DNA from: a virus
DNA length: 64,000 bases
Direction: 5' to 3' (one strand)
IMG/VR virus record: IMGVR_UViG_3300042310_000541
Span: 1-64,000 of that record
The position numbers were made by a program, and so were the translations under genes. Below, in pieces: positions 8,787 through 17,159 of the stretch (position 1 is its first letter; each line of letters opens with the position of its first letter). Below the pieces are notes generated by a model, which saw only the letters and a program-made list of their open reading frames with translations, had not been told where the DNA came from and did not search any database.

Positions 8787-10295
8787 ATGTTAAGAATTTC
8801 AAACTTACAAATTTCAGAACCAACCACTTATGGTGGTTTAATTACAGAAGCCAACAATGGTTATCTGTTAGAAAACAAGCCTCAATATGCTTCAAATCTT
8901 GTTGAGCAAATTTACAAATTTGACACTAGTATGGACTTACATACAAGATTGTCAGAATTCCCTATTAAATACTTTAAAACAGATGATGTTTATCGTTGGA
9001 AATTAATGGGCCCATCTGAAAAAAACATTCCATTATTGGAAGCTCGTTTGACTAAGAATGGTGGTGCAATTGCAGCAACTGACCGTGCAGGTTTAGGAGC
9101 ATCTAGATTTTATTTAGTATTCCCTGAGAAGTATTTCTTTGATACTGAAACTATCGTAGGTGAACTAAATGAAAAATACATGGTTCGTATTGTTGAAGAG
9201 CCTATCGTTGAAGGTGGTGTTAACTATGTTTACGAAGTAGAATTTCAAACTAATGATGCAAGCTCATGGTTTCCTTATGAAGAATTACAAGCTGGTAAAA
9301 GATTCAGTAAGGAAGGATCAACTGTAGAAAGAACTGAATCTTCAAGAGGTAGTCAAGATAGTTATATCTCTCCTTTTGAAATGGAAAATTCATTTACTTA
9401 TATGCGTAAGGAATTACATGCTGTAGGTAATATGATTGACAGACCAATTCAATTTACATTTACTTGTCCTGATGGAACAACTGCTTCTACTTGGACTCAA
9501 TATCAAGATTATATCTTTGAAAAGAATTTCCGTTTAGAAAGAAACAGATTGTTGATGTTTGGTCAACCTTCAAAAACTGCTCAAGGAACTCATTTAAACA
9601 AAGGTAAGTCTGGTAACTTTATTGAAACAGGTGCTGGTTTAAGAGCTCAAATGAATCCATCAAACATTGCTTATTACAATAAGTTCTCAATCAAATGGTT
9701 AACTGATTTATTGTTAGGTCTTTCTGTTAACAAGTTAAAAGAAGATCAACGTAAGTTTGTATTCAAAACTGGTGAATGGGGTATGTTAGAATTCTCAAGA
9801 GCACTTGAAGATTATGCATATGGCTGGACAAGGGTTGTTGAAACCAATGTACAAAACATCAATAGAATTGTAGATTCAACTCGTATCTCAATGGGAGCTA
9901 ATAGTAAGATGACTTTCAAAGGTCAGTTTATGAACTTAATTGGTCCTAATGGTATTGAAGTTACTGTTGAACATGATGCTAGTTATGATGACTTAGTAAG
10001 AAACAAGATCATGATGCCAGGAAATCGTGGACCTGCTGAATCACACAGGTTTGACATTTTAGATATTGGTACAACTAATGGTGAAGCTAACATTTGCTTA
10101 ACTGCTCCAGAAGGTTGGTCAGATATTATGGGTTACATCCCAGGTATGAGAGATCCATATTCTATTGGTGCTAAGAAACCTAAAATGATGGTAACATCTA
10201 GAGATTCTTATGAGTATCATAGAATGAGTATCTTTGGTACAATGATTAAGAACCCAACTAAATGTTTACAAATCATTCCTAGTATTCTTGCATAA
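8787..10295 (+). CDS. Major capsid protein
   Basis: 502 aa; crAss-MCP-like motifs (DDVYRWKL, FPEKYF, GKRFS, GAGLRAQM, KTGEWG); CGT-rich codon use suggesting high expression. Confidence 0.9.
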   Translation: MLRISNLQISEPTTYGGLITEANNGYLLENKPQYASNLVEQIYKFDTSMDLHTRLSEFPIKYFKTDDVYRWKLMGPSEKNIPLLEARLTKNGGAIAATDRAGLGASRFYLVFPEKYFFDTETIVGELNEKYMVRIVEEPIVEGGVNYVYEVEFQTNDASSWFPYEELQAGKRFSKEGSTVERTESSRGSQDSYISPFEMENSFTYMRKELHAVGNMIDRPIQFTFTCPDGTTASTWTQYQDYIFEKNFRLERNRLLMFGQPSKTAQGTHLNKGKSGNFIETGAGLRAQMNPSNIAYYNKFSIKWLTDLLLGLSVNKLKEDQRKFVFKTGEWGMLEFSRALEDYAYGWTRVVETNVQNINRIVDSTRISMGANSKMTFKGQFMNLIGPNGIEVTVEHDASYDDLVRNKIMMPGNRGPAESHRFDILDIGTTNGEANICLTAPEGWSDIMGYIPGMRDPYSIGAKKPKMMVTSRDSYEYHRMSIFGTMIKNPTKCLQIIPSILA

Positions 10296-10318
10296 TAAAT
10301 AAATTATATATATCTTTG
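10287..10318 (+). promoter_or_regulatory. Bacteroidota-type promoter (CTTG-N20-TATCTTTG)
   Basis: -7 element at 10311-10318, TTG 20 nt upstream; ATG at 10343. Confidence 0.72.
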
Positions 10319-10342
10319 TAAGATAATAATAATAATATAAAA

Positions 10343-11185
10343 ATGGATTACAAAACACTAAGAACAAAAAAGATGGTTGTCAAGCCTATACTAGGTAGAG
10401 ATGCTTGGTTAAGGCATGGCAGCGTGGGAAGCAAGAAAGAAGAACATTCTTTTGATGGAACTCATATAAACTTTTTTGCTAAACAAAGTAAATCTGGACT
10501 ATTAGAAGATGTGTTAGAGGAACTATCTCAAGATGAGAGAAAAGCTCTTGCAGAAGAAATTAGAATCAAACCTGAAGAATTTAGTATATTTCAACCTGAT
10601 AATTATTTTACAAAACATATGGTTTCTGTAAGTAAAAATCAAAAGACTATTAACTGTAAGAACCCAATTGAATTGTTGGACTACTTAATACTTAAAAAAT
10701 ATACAAATGTATTTAAGGTTCCAGATGGTCCAGAAATGCCTGATCAAAGATTTGAGATAATAGATCAAGAAGCGGAAGTTGTTCAAGAAGCTCAAAAAGT
10801 AGATTTAAAGATGAAGGCCATTTTAGAGTTATCTAAGTATAATGGCTCAGTTGATAAATTAAGAAACATACTATTAGTATCAGGAGTTCAAGGAATTCCG
10901 GCTAATGCAAGTGCAGATTGGTTGTTTACAGAGTGCTACAAAATAGCTGAAAAAACACCAAAGGACTTTATGAAAGTAATGAGTGACCCAATGTTTGATT
11001 TAAAAATCTTAATCAATAATGCTTTAAATGTAAAAGCAATTGTTAAGACAGGTAAGGATAGTTATGAAATGTCATCTACAGGAAAGCTTTTAGGAACAAT
11101 GAAAGAAGTAGTTGCTTACTTTGAGAAGCCTGAAAACCAAGAAGACAGATTAATTGTACAAGCACAGATTAATAAAACAAAATAA
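10343..11185 (+). CDS. Conserved crAss-like protein downstream of MCP
   Basis: Synteny; NPIELLDYLIL and YFEKPENQE motifs. Confidence 0.6.
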   Translation: MDYKTLRTKKMVVKPILGRDAWLRHGSVGSKKEEHSFDGTHINFFAKQSKSGLLEDVLEELSQDERKALAEEIRIKPEEFSIFQPDNYFTKHMVSVSKNQKTINCKNPIELLDYLILKKYTNVFKVPDGPEMPDQRFEIIDQEAEVVQEAQKVDLKMKAILELSKYNGSVDKLRNILLVSGVQGIPANASADWLFTECYKIAEKTPKDFMKVMSDPMFDLKILINNALNVKAIVKTGKDSYEMSSTGKLLGTMKEVVAYFEKPENQEDRLIVQAQINKTK

Positions 11186-11192
11186 CCAATAA

Positions 11193-11900
11193 ATGACAAG
11201 GCAAGACTTTCTAAATAAAATCTATTTAAAGTTTGATAAAGTAGCAGGTCTTGCTTTGCCTGGTTATGAACCAGAAGAAATTGCTGCAATAGCAACTGAT
11301 GTACAAGAGAAATTAGTTCTCAAAAAGTACAACCCAAAAAATCAACCCTCAATGGAAGGATTTGAGGAAACAGAAAAAAGAGTAGCAGATCTAGGAGAAT
11401 TAGTATCTACTGTAGTTCTTACTCCTGCAGCATATAATAATTACTTCAATGTAGATAACGGAGTTTTTGTTAGTCTTCCAAATGTGTACCCAACTAATGT
11501 TTATTGGTTGCCAGTATTTGAAAGTGCAACAATAACAAAGAAATGCAAAGGTAAATATATGAAGGTTGCAATAATTGAAACCAGTCATGTAGAGTTGAAT
11601 AAATTATCAATTGATCCATTCAACAAACCTGAAGCAAGTTCAGATGCCGGAGTATTTAGATTGAGAGTAGATGAATTTAAGCATGAATTAATAACTGATG
11701 GAACATTTGGAGTTATAAATTATAAATTGAGATATATAAAAAAACCTCAGGCAATAGATTTAACAAACAATTTAACATTACAAGTTTCAGAATTATCTGA
11801 TATAGTTCATTCAGAATTACTTCAAGAAACAATAAATGAATTGCTTAAAGATACAGACAATCCAAGATTACAAGCAGAAGTACAAACAATTAACGAGTAA
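11193..11900 (+). CDS. Head-tail ring/adaptor protein
   Basis: PGYEPEEI, GFEETEKRVADL, YKLRYIKKP, ELSDIVHSEL resemble crAss ring proteins. Confidence 0.65.
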   Translation: MTRQDFLNKIYLKFDKVAGLALPGYEPEEIAAIATDVQEKLVLKKYNPKNQPSMEGFEETEKRVADLGELVSTVVLTPAAYNNYFNVDNGVFVSLPNVYPTNVYWLPVFESATITKKCKGKYMKVAIIETSHVELNKLSIDPFNKPEASSDAGVFRLRVDEFKHELITDGTFGVINYKLRYIKKPQAIDLTNNLTLQVSELSDIVHSELLQETINELLKDTDNPRLQAEVQTINE

Positions 11901-11932
11901 ACCCAATTATTAACTAAATATTTAAAAATAAA

Positions 11933-13288
11933 ATGATCGCAAGTCAAAACAACATCAAAATCCTATTATTAGGTGACAATTTAGTAGTAGGCAGTTTGCC
12001 TGCAGCTGGAACACAATTAACTCCAGACAACATGGTATCAGGTGCAATTTGTTTAGCTGATGCAGCTGGCAAAAGAATAGTAGCAGCTGATATTACAGCA
12101 AAAACAGGAAAATACAAAATTGTTCAAGGTCAAGGAGCAGGACTTCCTTTAATCAGTTCAGATTTGATTGACTTTTCAAGCAATCAAACAGTTGTAAACT
12201 TTAAAAACAATGTACCTTCAGTAGAACAAGTTTCTTATGTAGGATATGCTGGAGGTAACACTGTATCAGGTACAGATGATTTACCAGCAGTTCCAACACT
12301 AGAAACAGGATTTGATGGTGATGTTGTGTTTGTAGATTTCAACACAAGTGGTAACAGACAGATTAGAAAGAAATTTCTTTATGTTGCAACAACTGCTGCT
12401 TTAGGTGAAACTAAATCTAACATTGCAAATCAGCTTTGTATCAGTGCAACTAATGTAATCAGTAAAATGATTGAAAAGCCTTACAAAGTAGAAAGAGTTT
12501 CTAACAATACAGGAACACCTAATACAATTACAGCAGGAGCTGTTGCAACTCATTACACCTTTATTAAAGGGTCTAGTATTGTAGCTGGAACAAACAGTTC
12601 AGGGGTTCCAGTAGTAGGAACAACTGAAGTAAATGCAACTATTGTTGCCGGTGATTATGTAAGACCTGGAACAGCAGTTACAGATGCAGTTTATAATTTA
12701 ACAGCAGTAACTTCAGGAACAGCTTCAACAGCAATGACATTGACTTTAGATCAACCATTCCAAGGTGAAACAGTTTCAATTGCAATTGGATCTACAGAGT
12801 ATATTACTGCAGCTAACTTTGAAGCAAGTAAAAAAGGTTTAAAGTTTACTGGTATTGCTAAGACTTATATTCCTCAAGTAATGCGTGGTTTTGAAAAAGT
12901 AAGATTTACTTTTGATCTATCTAGTACTTTTGGTTTAACTGGTAAGACTTATGTAACACCTGCTTTAGAAGGAACTGGAACTTATAATCAAATTGCTGAA
13001 CTTGAAAGATTTAGTCAAATTAATCAAGGAAACAGATATACATCTTACAACCCTCCAACTGTTTATATCAGCAATGCACTTCTTTATGATCCTTCAAAAG
13101 CAGGATTTAACACTTTCTCATTATCATTTACTTATACTGACAACAATGGATTTGTTAACAAGAATGTATTTAACAAAGAATTGTTAATTGCAGGTGTAAA
13201 GAGCAATAACACACAGTTTACTGATACAAATGGTTTGTTTACTTTGTTGCAAACATTGTCAGGAACTACTTTTAACGCTTGGACTTAA
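11933..13288 (+). CDS. Virion structural protein (auxiliary capsid protein candidate)
   Basis: T/G/V-rich beta-type protein; GLKFTG and GTGTYNQIAELE motifs; followed by a terminator. Confidence 0.55.
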   Translation: MIASQNNIKILLLGDNLVVGSLPAAGTQLTPDNMVSGAICLADAAGKRIVAADITAKTGKYKIVQGQGAGLPLISSDLIDFSSNQTVVNFKNNVPSVEQVSYVGYAGGNTVSGTDDLPAVPTLETGFDGDVVFVDFNTSGNRQIRKKFLYVATTAALGETKSNIANQLCISATNVISKMIEKPYKVERVSNNTGTPNTITAGAVATHYTFIKGSSIVAGTNSSGVPVVGTTEVNATIVAGDYVRPGTAVTDAVYNLTAVTSGTASTAMTLTLDQPFQGETVSIAIGSTEYITAANFEASKKGLKFTGIAKTYIPQVMRGFEKVRFTFDLSSTFGLTGKTYVTPALEGTGTYNQIAELERFSQINQGNRYTSYNPPTVYISNALLYDPSKAGFNTFSLSFTYTDNNGFVNKNVFNKELLIAGVKSNNTQFTDTNGLFTLLQTLSGTTFNAWT

Positions 13289-13320
13289 TCAAAGATAAGT
13301 AATTAATTAAAAATTAAAGG

Positions 13321-13359
13321 GCTATGATGCTAAAACACAATAGCGTCATAGCTTTTTTT
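13321..13359 (+). terminator. Rho-independent terminator
   Basis: Stem GCTATGATGCTA / TAGCGTCATAGC (one G-U pair), 8-nt loop, T7 tail. Confidence 0.85.
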
Positions 13360-13554
13360 ATTTTAAATCAATCTAATTATAATTATGAATTAATAAAAAT
13401 AATAGAAGATAACAGGGGTAATAATATAAAAGCTTCAGAAAGAATAAGTAGATTAGAAAAATATATTCATAATAAATTAATAAAACACCAGTATATTCCT
13501 AAAATTAAATTTGATGGCAATACAGAATGTTTTTCACTTTTAAATTTAAATTAA
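13360..13554 (+). pseudogene. Remnant C-terminus of a GIY-YIG/T5orf172-type homing endonuclease
   Basis: RLEKYIHNKL...YIPKIKFDGNTECFS; the only ATGs lie inside the terminator stem. Confidence 0.5.
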
Positions 13555-13555
13555 T

Positions 13556-14128
13556 ATGGCTTTAAAATTAAAAATAGATGCTTGTGCTAAGAATTGTAAA
13601 TACTTTTTATTTACAGAATTAACAGGAGCTTACAATGCCTTAACAAATACAACAGGATATGGAGCACCTAATCCTACTGTTGGATCTGCAACATCTGCTG
13701 TATTAACAGTAACAGATCCAGATGGAACTGAAACAGTAATAGATTTATTTGATACTTCAGTATTTCCAAATAGCACTGAGTCAGGTATAAACATACTAAA
13801 TACTCAATTAGGTTATGATCAATCAGATAAGTTAAATACAGGAATATGGGAATTTAATTATGTAGTTGTAACTCCTCAAGGAACTTACACTAAAAATCTA
13901 AAGACTTTAATTGCTTGTAAAATACAATGTGAGATAGATGACTTAAAATTACAATTAATAAACAATTGTAATGCAGTTGAAAAGATTACATTGTTCAATA
14001 AAATAAAAGAACTTGAAATGCTTTTAATGGCTGCTGAAGCTGCAGCTAAATGTGGAAACTATACACAAACAATGACACTAGTTGATTCTTTAACTGACTT
14101 TATAGCAAACAATGATTGTGGTTGCTAA
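13556..14128 (+). CDS. Conserved virion protein (tail hub/fibre attachment candidate)
   Basis: TELTGAY...TGYGAPNP, GIWEFNY, Cys-rich C-terminus; leads the fibre cluster. Confidence 0.5.
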   Translation: MALKLKIDACAKNCKYFLFTELTGAYNALTNTTGYGAPNPTVGSATSAVLTVTDPDGTETVIDLFDTSVFPNSTESGINILNTQLGYDQSDKLNTGIWEFNYVVVTPQGTYTKNLKTLIACKIQCEIDDLKLQLINNCNAVEKITLFNKIKELEMLLMAAEAAAKCGNYTQTMTLVDSLTDFIANNDCGC

Positions 14129-14157
14129 TTTAAATAACAATAATAATAATTATAATA

Positions 14158-15207
14158 ATGGCTTGTACAGATTGTAATGATGTAGATATAAATACTGGTC
14201 CAGATGGCTATAATGGTTGGTCACCTATTTTAGCATTAGTAAAAAGTACTTGTAGTGGAGATGATGTTACAGTGCATAGATTAATTAGTTGGACAGGTGG
14301 TACTGGCACAAGGCCTGAGTATTTAGGCGATATAATGACAGATGCCTTTTTATTGACGACTCCTATTTATTTAGGAAATTCTGGCTTTGTAACCAACATT
14401 TGTAGTGCAACTAATTTAAAACCTGCTGATGGTACTCCTGGTACTCCTGGTAGCGATGCTAGCATTACAGTAGAAGAAATAAATGGAACTCCAACAGGAA
14501 CTCCATCAATAGTTAAATTTGGACCAAACACTATTACATATAGTGGAACGGGAAATAATACTGCTACTTATGATCCAACAGGAGATTGGATTAATATAGC
14601 TTATACAGGTGGTGATATTATAAATGCTGATTCAAATCCATTTTACACATCAACTCGTTGTAATGCAATAGGTTCAGTTATTCCGCTTGCTGCTTTTCAG
14701 CCTTATAAAGGAGATGGTGCAGTATATACAGGATATTCCTCCAATGCTTCTTTCAGAAGATTAAAGTATAAGATAAATGATGATAAGACTATTACCATAG
14801 CAGGAAATCTGATAGCTACTTTTTCAGGTACAACAACATTAAATATGGTAAGTAATTCAACAGGCGGCATTTCTGGTGATGTACCTGAGCCAGTGGATCA
14901 CTTTTTTATAAGGAATTGTTTGCTAAATTTTCAATTTAAAAATACTTCTAATGTAATTACTCCTATTGCAGCCTTTGGAACAACTGTACAGCAATTTAAA
15001 TGTACTTTAGTTTTATACGAAGGTAATGGTAAAAATGTAGTTATTAATTCTTTAAAATTTATAGGTATATACGAAGGTTTAGTTAATCTATATAATTCAG
15101 CTATTCAAGTAAGTGGCTTTGAAAGAATATCAGGTTTGACTTTTGCATCAACTTATTCATTAGGAATTATTATAGAACATACCTTTTCACAAAGAATTGG
15201 TGCTTAA
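14158..15207 (+). CDS. Tail fibre-like protein A
   Basis: N-terminus CxxC-DGYNGWSP shared with the next gene; C-terminal part shared with 16229..17158. Confidence 0.6.
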   Translation: MACTDCNDVDINTGPDGYNGWSPILALVKSTCSGDDVTVHRLISWTGGTGTRPEYLGDIMTDAFLLTTPIYLGNSGFVTNICSATNLKPADGTPGTPGSDASITVEEINGTPTGTPSIVKFGPNTITYSGTGNNTATYDPTGDWINIAYTGGDIINADSNPFYTSTRCNAIGSVIPLAAFQPYKGDGAVYTGYSSNASFRRLKYKINDDKTITIAGNLIATFSGTTTLNMVSNSTGGISGDVPEPVDHFFIRNCLLNFQFKNTSNVITPIAAFGTTVQQFKCTLVLYEGNGKNVVINSLKFIGIYEGLVNLYNSAIQVSGFERISGLTFASTYSLGIIIEHTFSQRIGA

Positions 15208-15225
15208 CAAAAAAAAATAAAATAA

Positions 15226-16227
15226 ATGTGCACAAATTGCAATGATATAGAAATAAATACAGTAACAGATGGATACAATGGCTGGTCACCAGAATTAGGT
15301 GTCAGCACAGATTGTACTGGTAAATCTGTTATAAGATTAATTAGTTGGATTCCAGGCTCAGGAGATAAGCCATCATTTAATGGTAACATTATGACTGACC
15401 AATATCTTATTGATAATCCAATTTACTTAGGCGTAAATGGATTTACAGATGCTTGTGATGAAGCTACAGATATAACAGGAGATGATGGCGCTGCTGGAAC
15501 TACTGGTCCAACTGGAGAGCAAGGTAATGACGGAGCACCTGGAACTAATGGTTGTAATCCTAATATTACTATTACTGCTCAAGTTTCAGGAGAAGGAGAA
15601 GTAAGACCTTACGATGTTACAGTTTTACCAATTGGAGAAGGAGCTCCTTGTAATCCAGAATACAGTTTTATATTTCCAATAGAAATGATTACTGAGAATG
15701 CAGAGTTAACTACTGCTATTGATGCTGCTGTAGCATTAGCTATGTCTCCAGTAACTACAGTAATAACTCCTACAATAGGTACAGGTATTGAATGGGATTT
15801 AAAATGCTCTGGTTCTGGAACTTTTATACTAGACACTAATTCTACTGATGGTAGTTTTATTTCTTATTCACAAATAGGTAATAAAATGACTATAAATTTT
15901 AATATAGCAATAGAATCAGATACTCCAGGTTCAGGTGTTTGGTTAGAAATGAAAATTCCAAATGCTAAAACATCTAATGCTAATACATTAGGTACGTATA
16001 AAGAAATCAATTCAATAGCATTTTCTAGTAATCTTGGATATAGTCCTGTAGCTGATGGTAATAATAGTTTTATAATTACAACAGATTCAATAACTTCAAG
16101 TAGTTATTTATTGATTGGTAGTACAAAATTACAAAGTGGTTTTAGTGGAAATACTGTACAACAAATTTCATGTACAGGCTCAAGTATTTATAATTTTCAA
16201 GGTCAAATAACAATAACAACAGATTAA
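15226..16227 (+). CDS. Tail fibre-like protein B with a short collagen-like repeat
   Basis: Paralogous N-terminus; about 8 G-X-Y triplets at 15478-15552. Confidence 0.65.
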   Translation: MCTNCNDIEINTVTDGYNGWSPELGVSTDCTGKSVIRLISWIPGSGDKPSFNGNIMTDQYLIDNPIYLGVNGFTDACDEATDITGDDGAAGTTGPTGEQGNDGAPGTNGCNPNITITAQVSGEGEVRPYDVTVLPIGEGAPCNPEYSFIFPIEMITENAELTTAIDAAVALAMSPVTTVITPTIGTGIEWDLKCSGSGTFILDTNSTDGSFISYSQIGNKMTINFNIAIESDTPGSGVWLEMKIPNAKTSNANTLGTYKEINSIAFSSNLGYSPVADGNNSFIITTDSITSSSYLLIGSTKLQSGFSGNTVQQISCTGSSIYNFQGQITITTD

Positions 16228-16228
16228 A

Positions 16229-17158
16229 ATGATAGAAATAGTAATAAATTTTGAAGGGGCGACAAAAACAATAGGTGACTTTGAAGGTAGATCTTTTGAA
16301 ATAACAGGTACTGGTGCACTTACAGCAAATTACACAATAGCTACTAGCGCAGAATTAAATACAGGATTAACATTCTTATTTTACTATAAAGGCCTTGTAA
16401 ACAAAGCAGCTTATAACTTTAATATACTAGGTACTAATTTAACTGATTTACAATTAAGTAGAGAATCTACAATAGAAGCTGTTTACAATGGTACTAGTTG
16501 GGATTTAAATGTATATATTAATACAGTTAGTGATGACTGGGTAGCTGCATCAATTTCTGGTACTTGGCAAAATATACCTTATGATGATGGAGATATTATT
16601 AACTCTGGTTCAACTACAGGTAGTTACACAAATACTGCTGGTACTGAGGGCGCTAATTACTTAGGTCAATGGAAAGCTTACAAAGGTACTGCTACTAACT
16701 ATTCTAATGCAACACCTTCTAATAGAAGGTTAAAATATAGAAGGAATCTAGATGGTACTGTACAAATTATGGGCCATTTAAGAAAACAATTTGCTGTACC
16801 TAGTGCTACTACTAGTATTAAATTAGATGATAGTTTATACTCTAATACAATTGTATCTCCTACACAAGCTGTAGTTATGGATACTAAAGTATTGTGGTAT
16901 TATGAATTGCCTAATCCTATATCAGATTTAGGAACTAATTTAATACAAGTTTTACCTTGTGATTTATATGTAGAAGATACTACTGGTGATAATAATGATG
17001 TATTTTTTAGTAATAATAAAATATGGGTAGGTAAAGGTACATTAATGGTTTATAATACATTTATAAGCTTATACTCAGCTGATACAATTACAGGATTAAC
17101 AGCTAGCAGAAATTATACACTGTCAGCATTTATTAACACATCTTATATAGATTTATAG
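16229..17158 (+). CDS. Tail fibre-like protein C
   Basis: WQNIPYDDGDIIN...RRLKYRRNLDGTVQIMG module paralogous to protein A. Confidence 0.55.
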   Translation: MIEIVINFEGATKTIGDFEGRSFEITGTGALTANYTIATSAELNTGLTFLFYYKGLVNKAAYNFNILGTNLTDLQLSRESTIEAVYNGTSWDLNVYINTVSDDWVAASISGTWQNIPYDDGDIINSGSTTGSYTNTAGTEGANYLGQWKAYKGTATNYSNATPSNRRLKYRRNLDGTVQIMGHLRKQFAVPSATTSIKLDDSLYSNTIVSPTQAVVMDTKVLWYYELPNPISDLGTNLIQVLPCDLYVEDTTGDNNDVFFSNNKIWVGKGTLMVYNTFISLYSADTITGLTASRNYTLSAFINTSYIDL

Positions 17159-17159
17159 A

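Noticed and set aside
2578-10295. Introns or inteins in terminase, portal or MCP
   Set aside because: The ORFs are continuous, of expected size, and I saw no intein splice motifs
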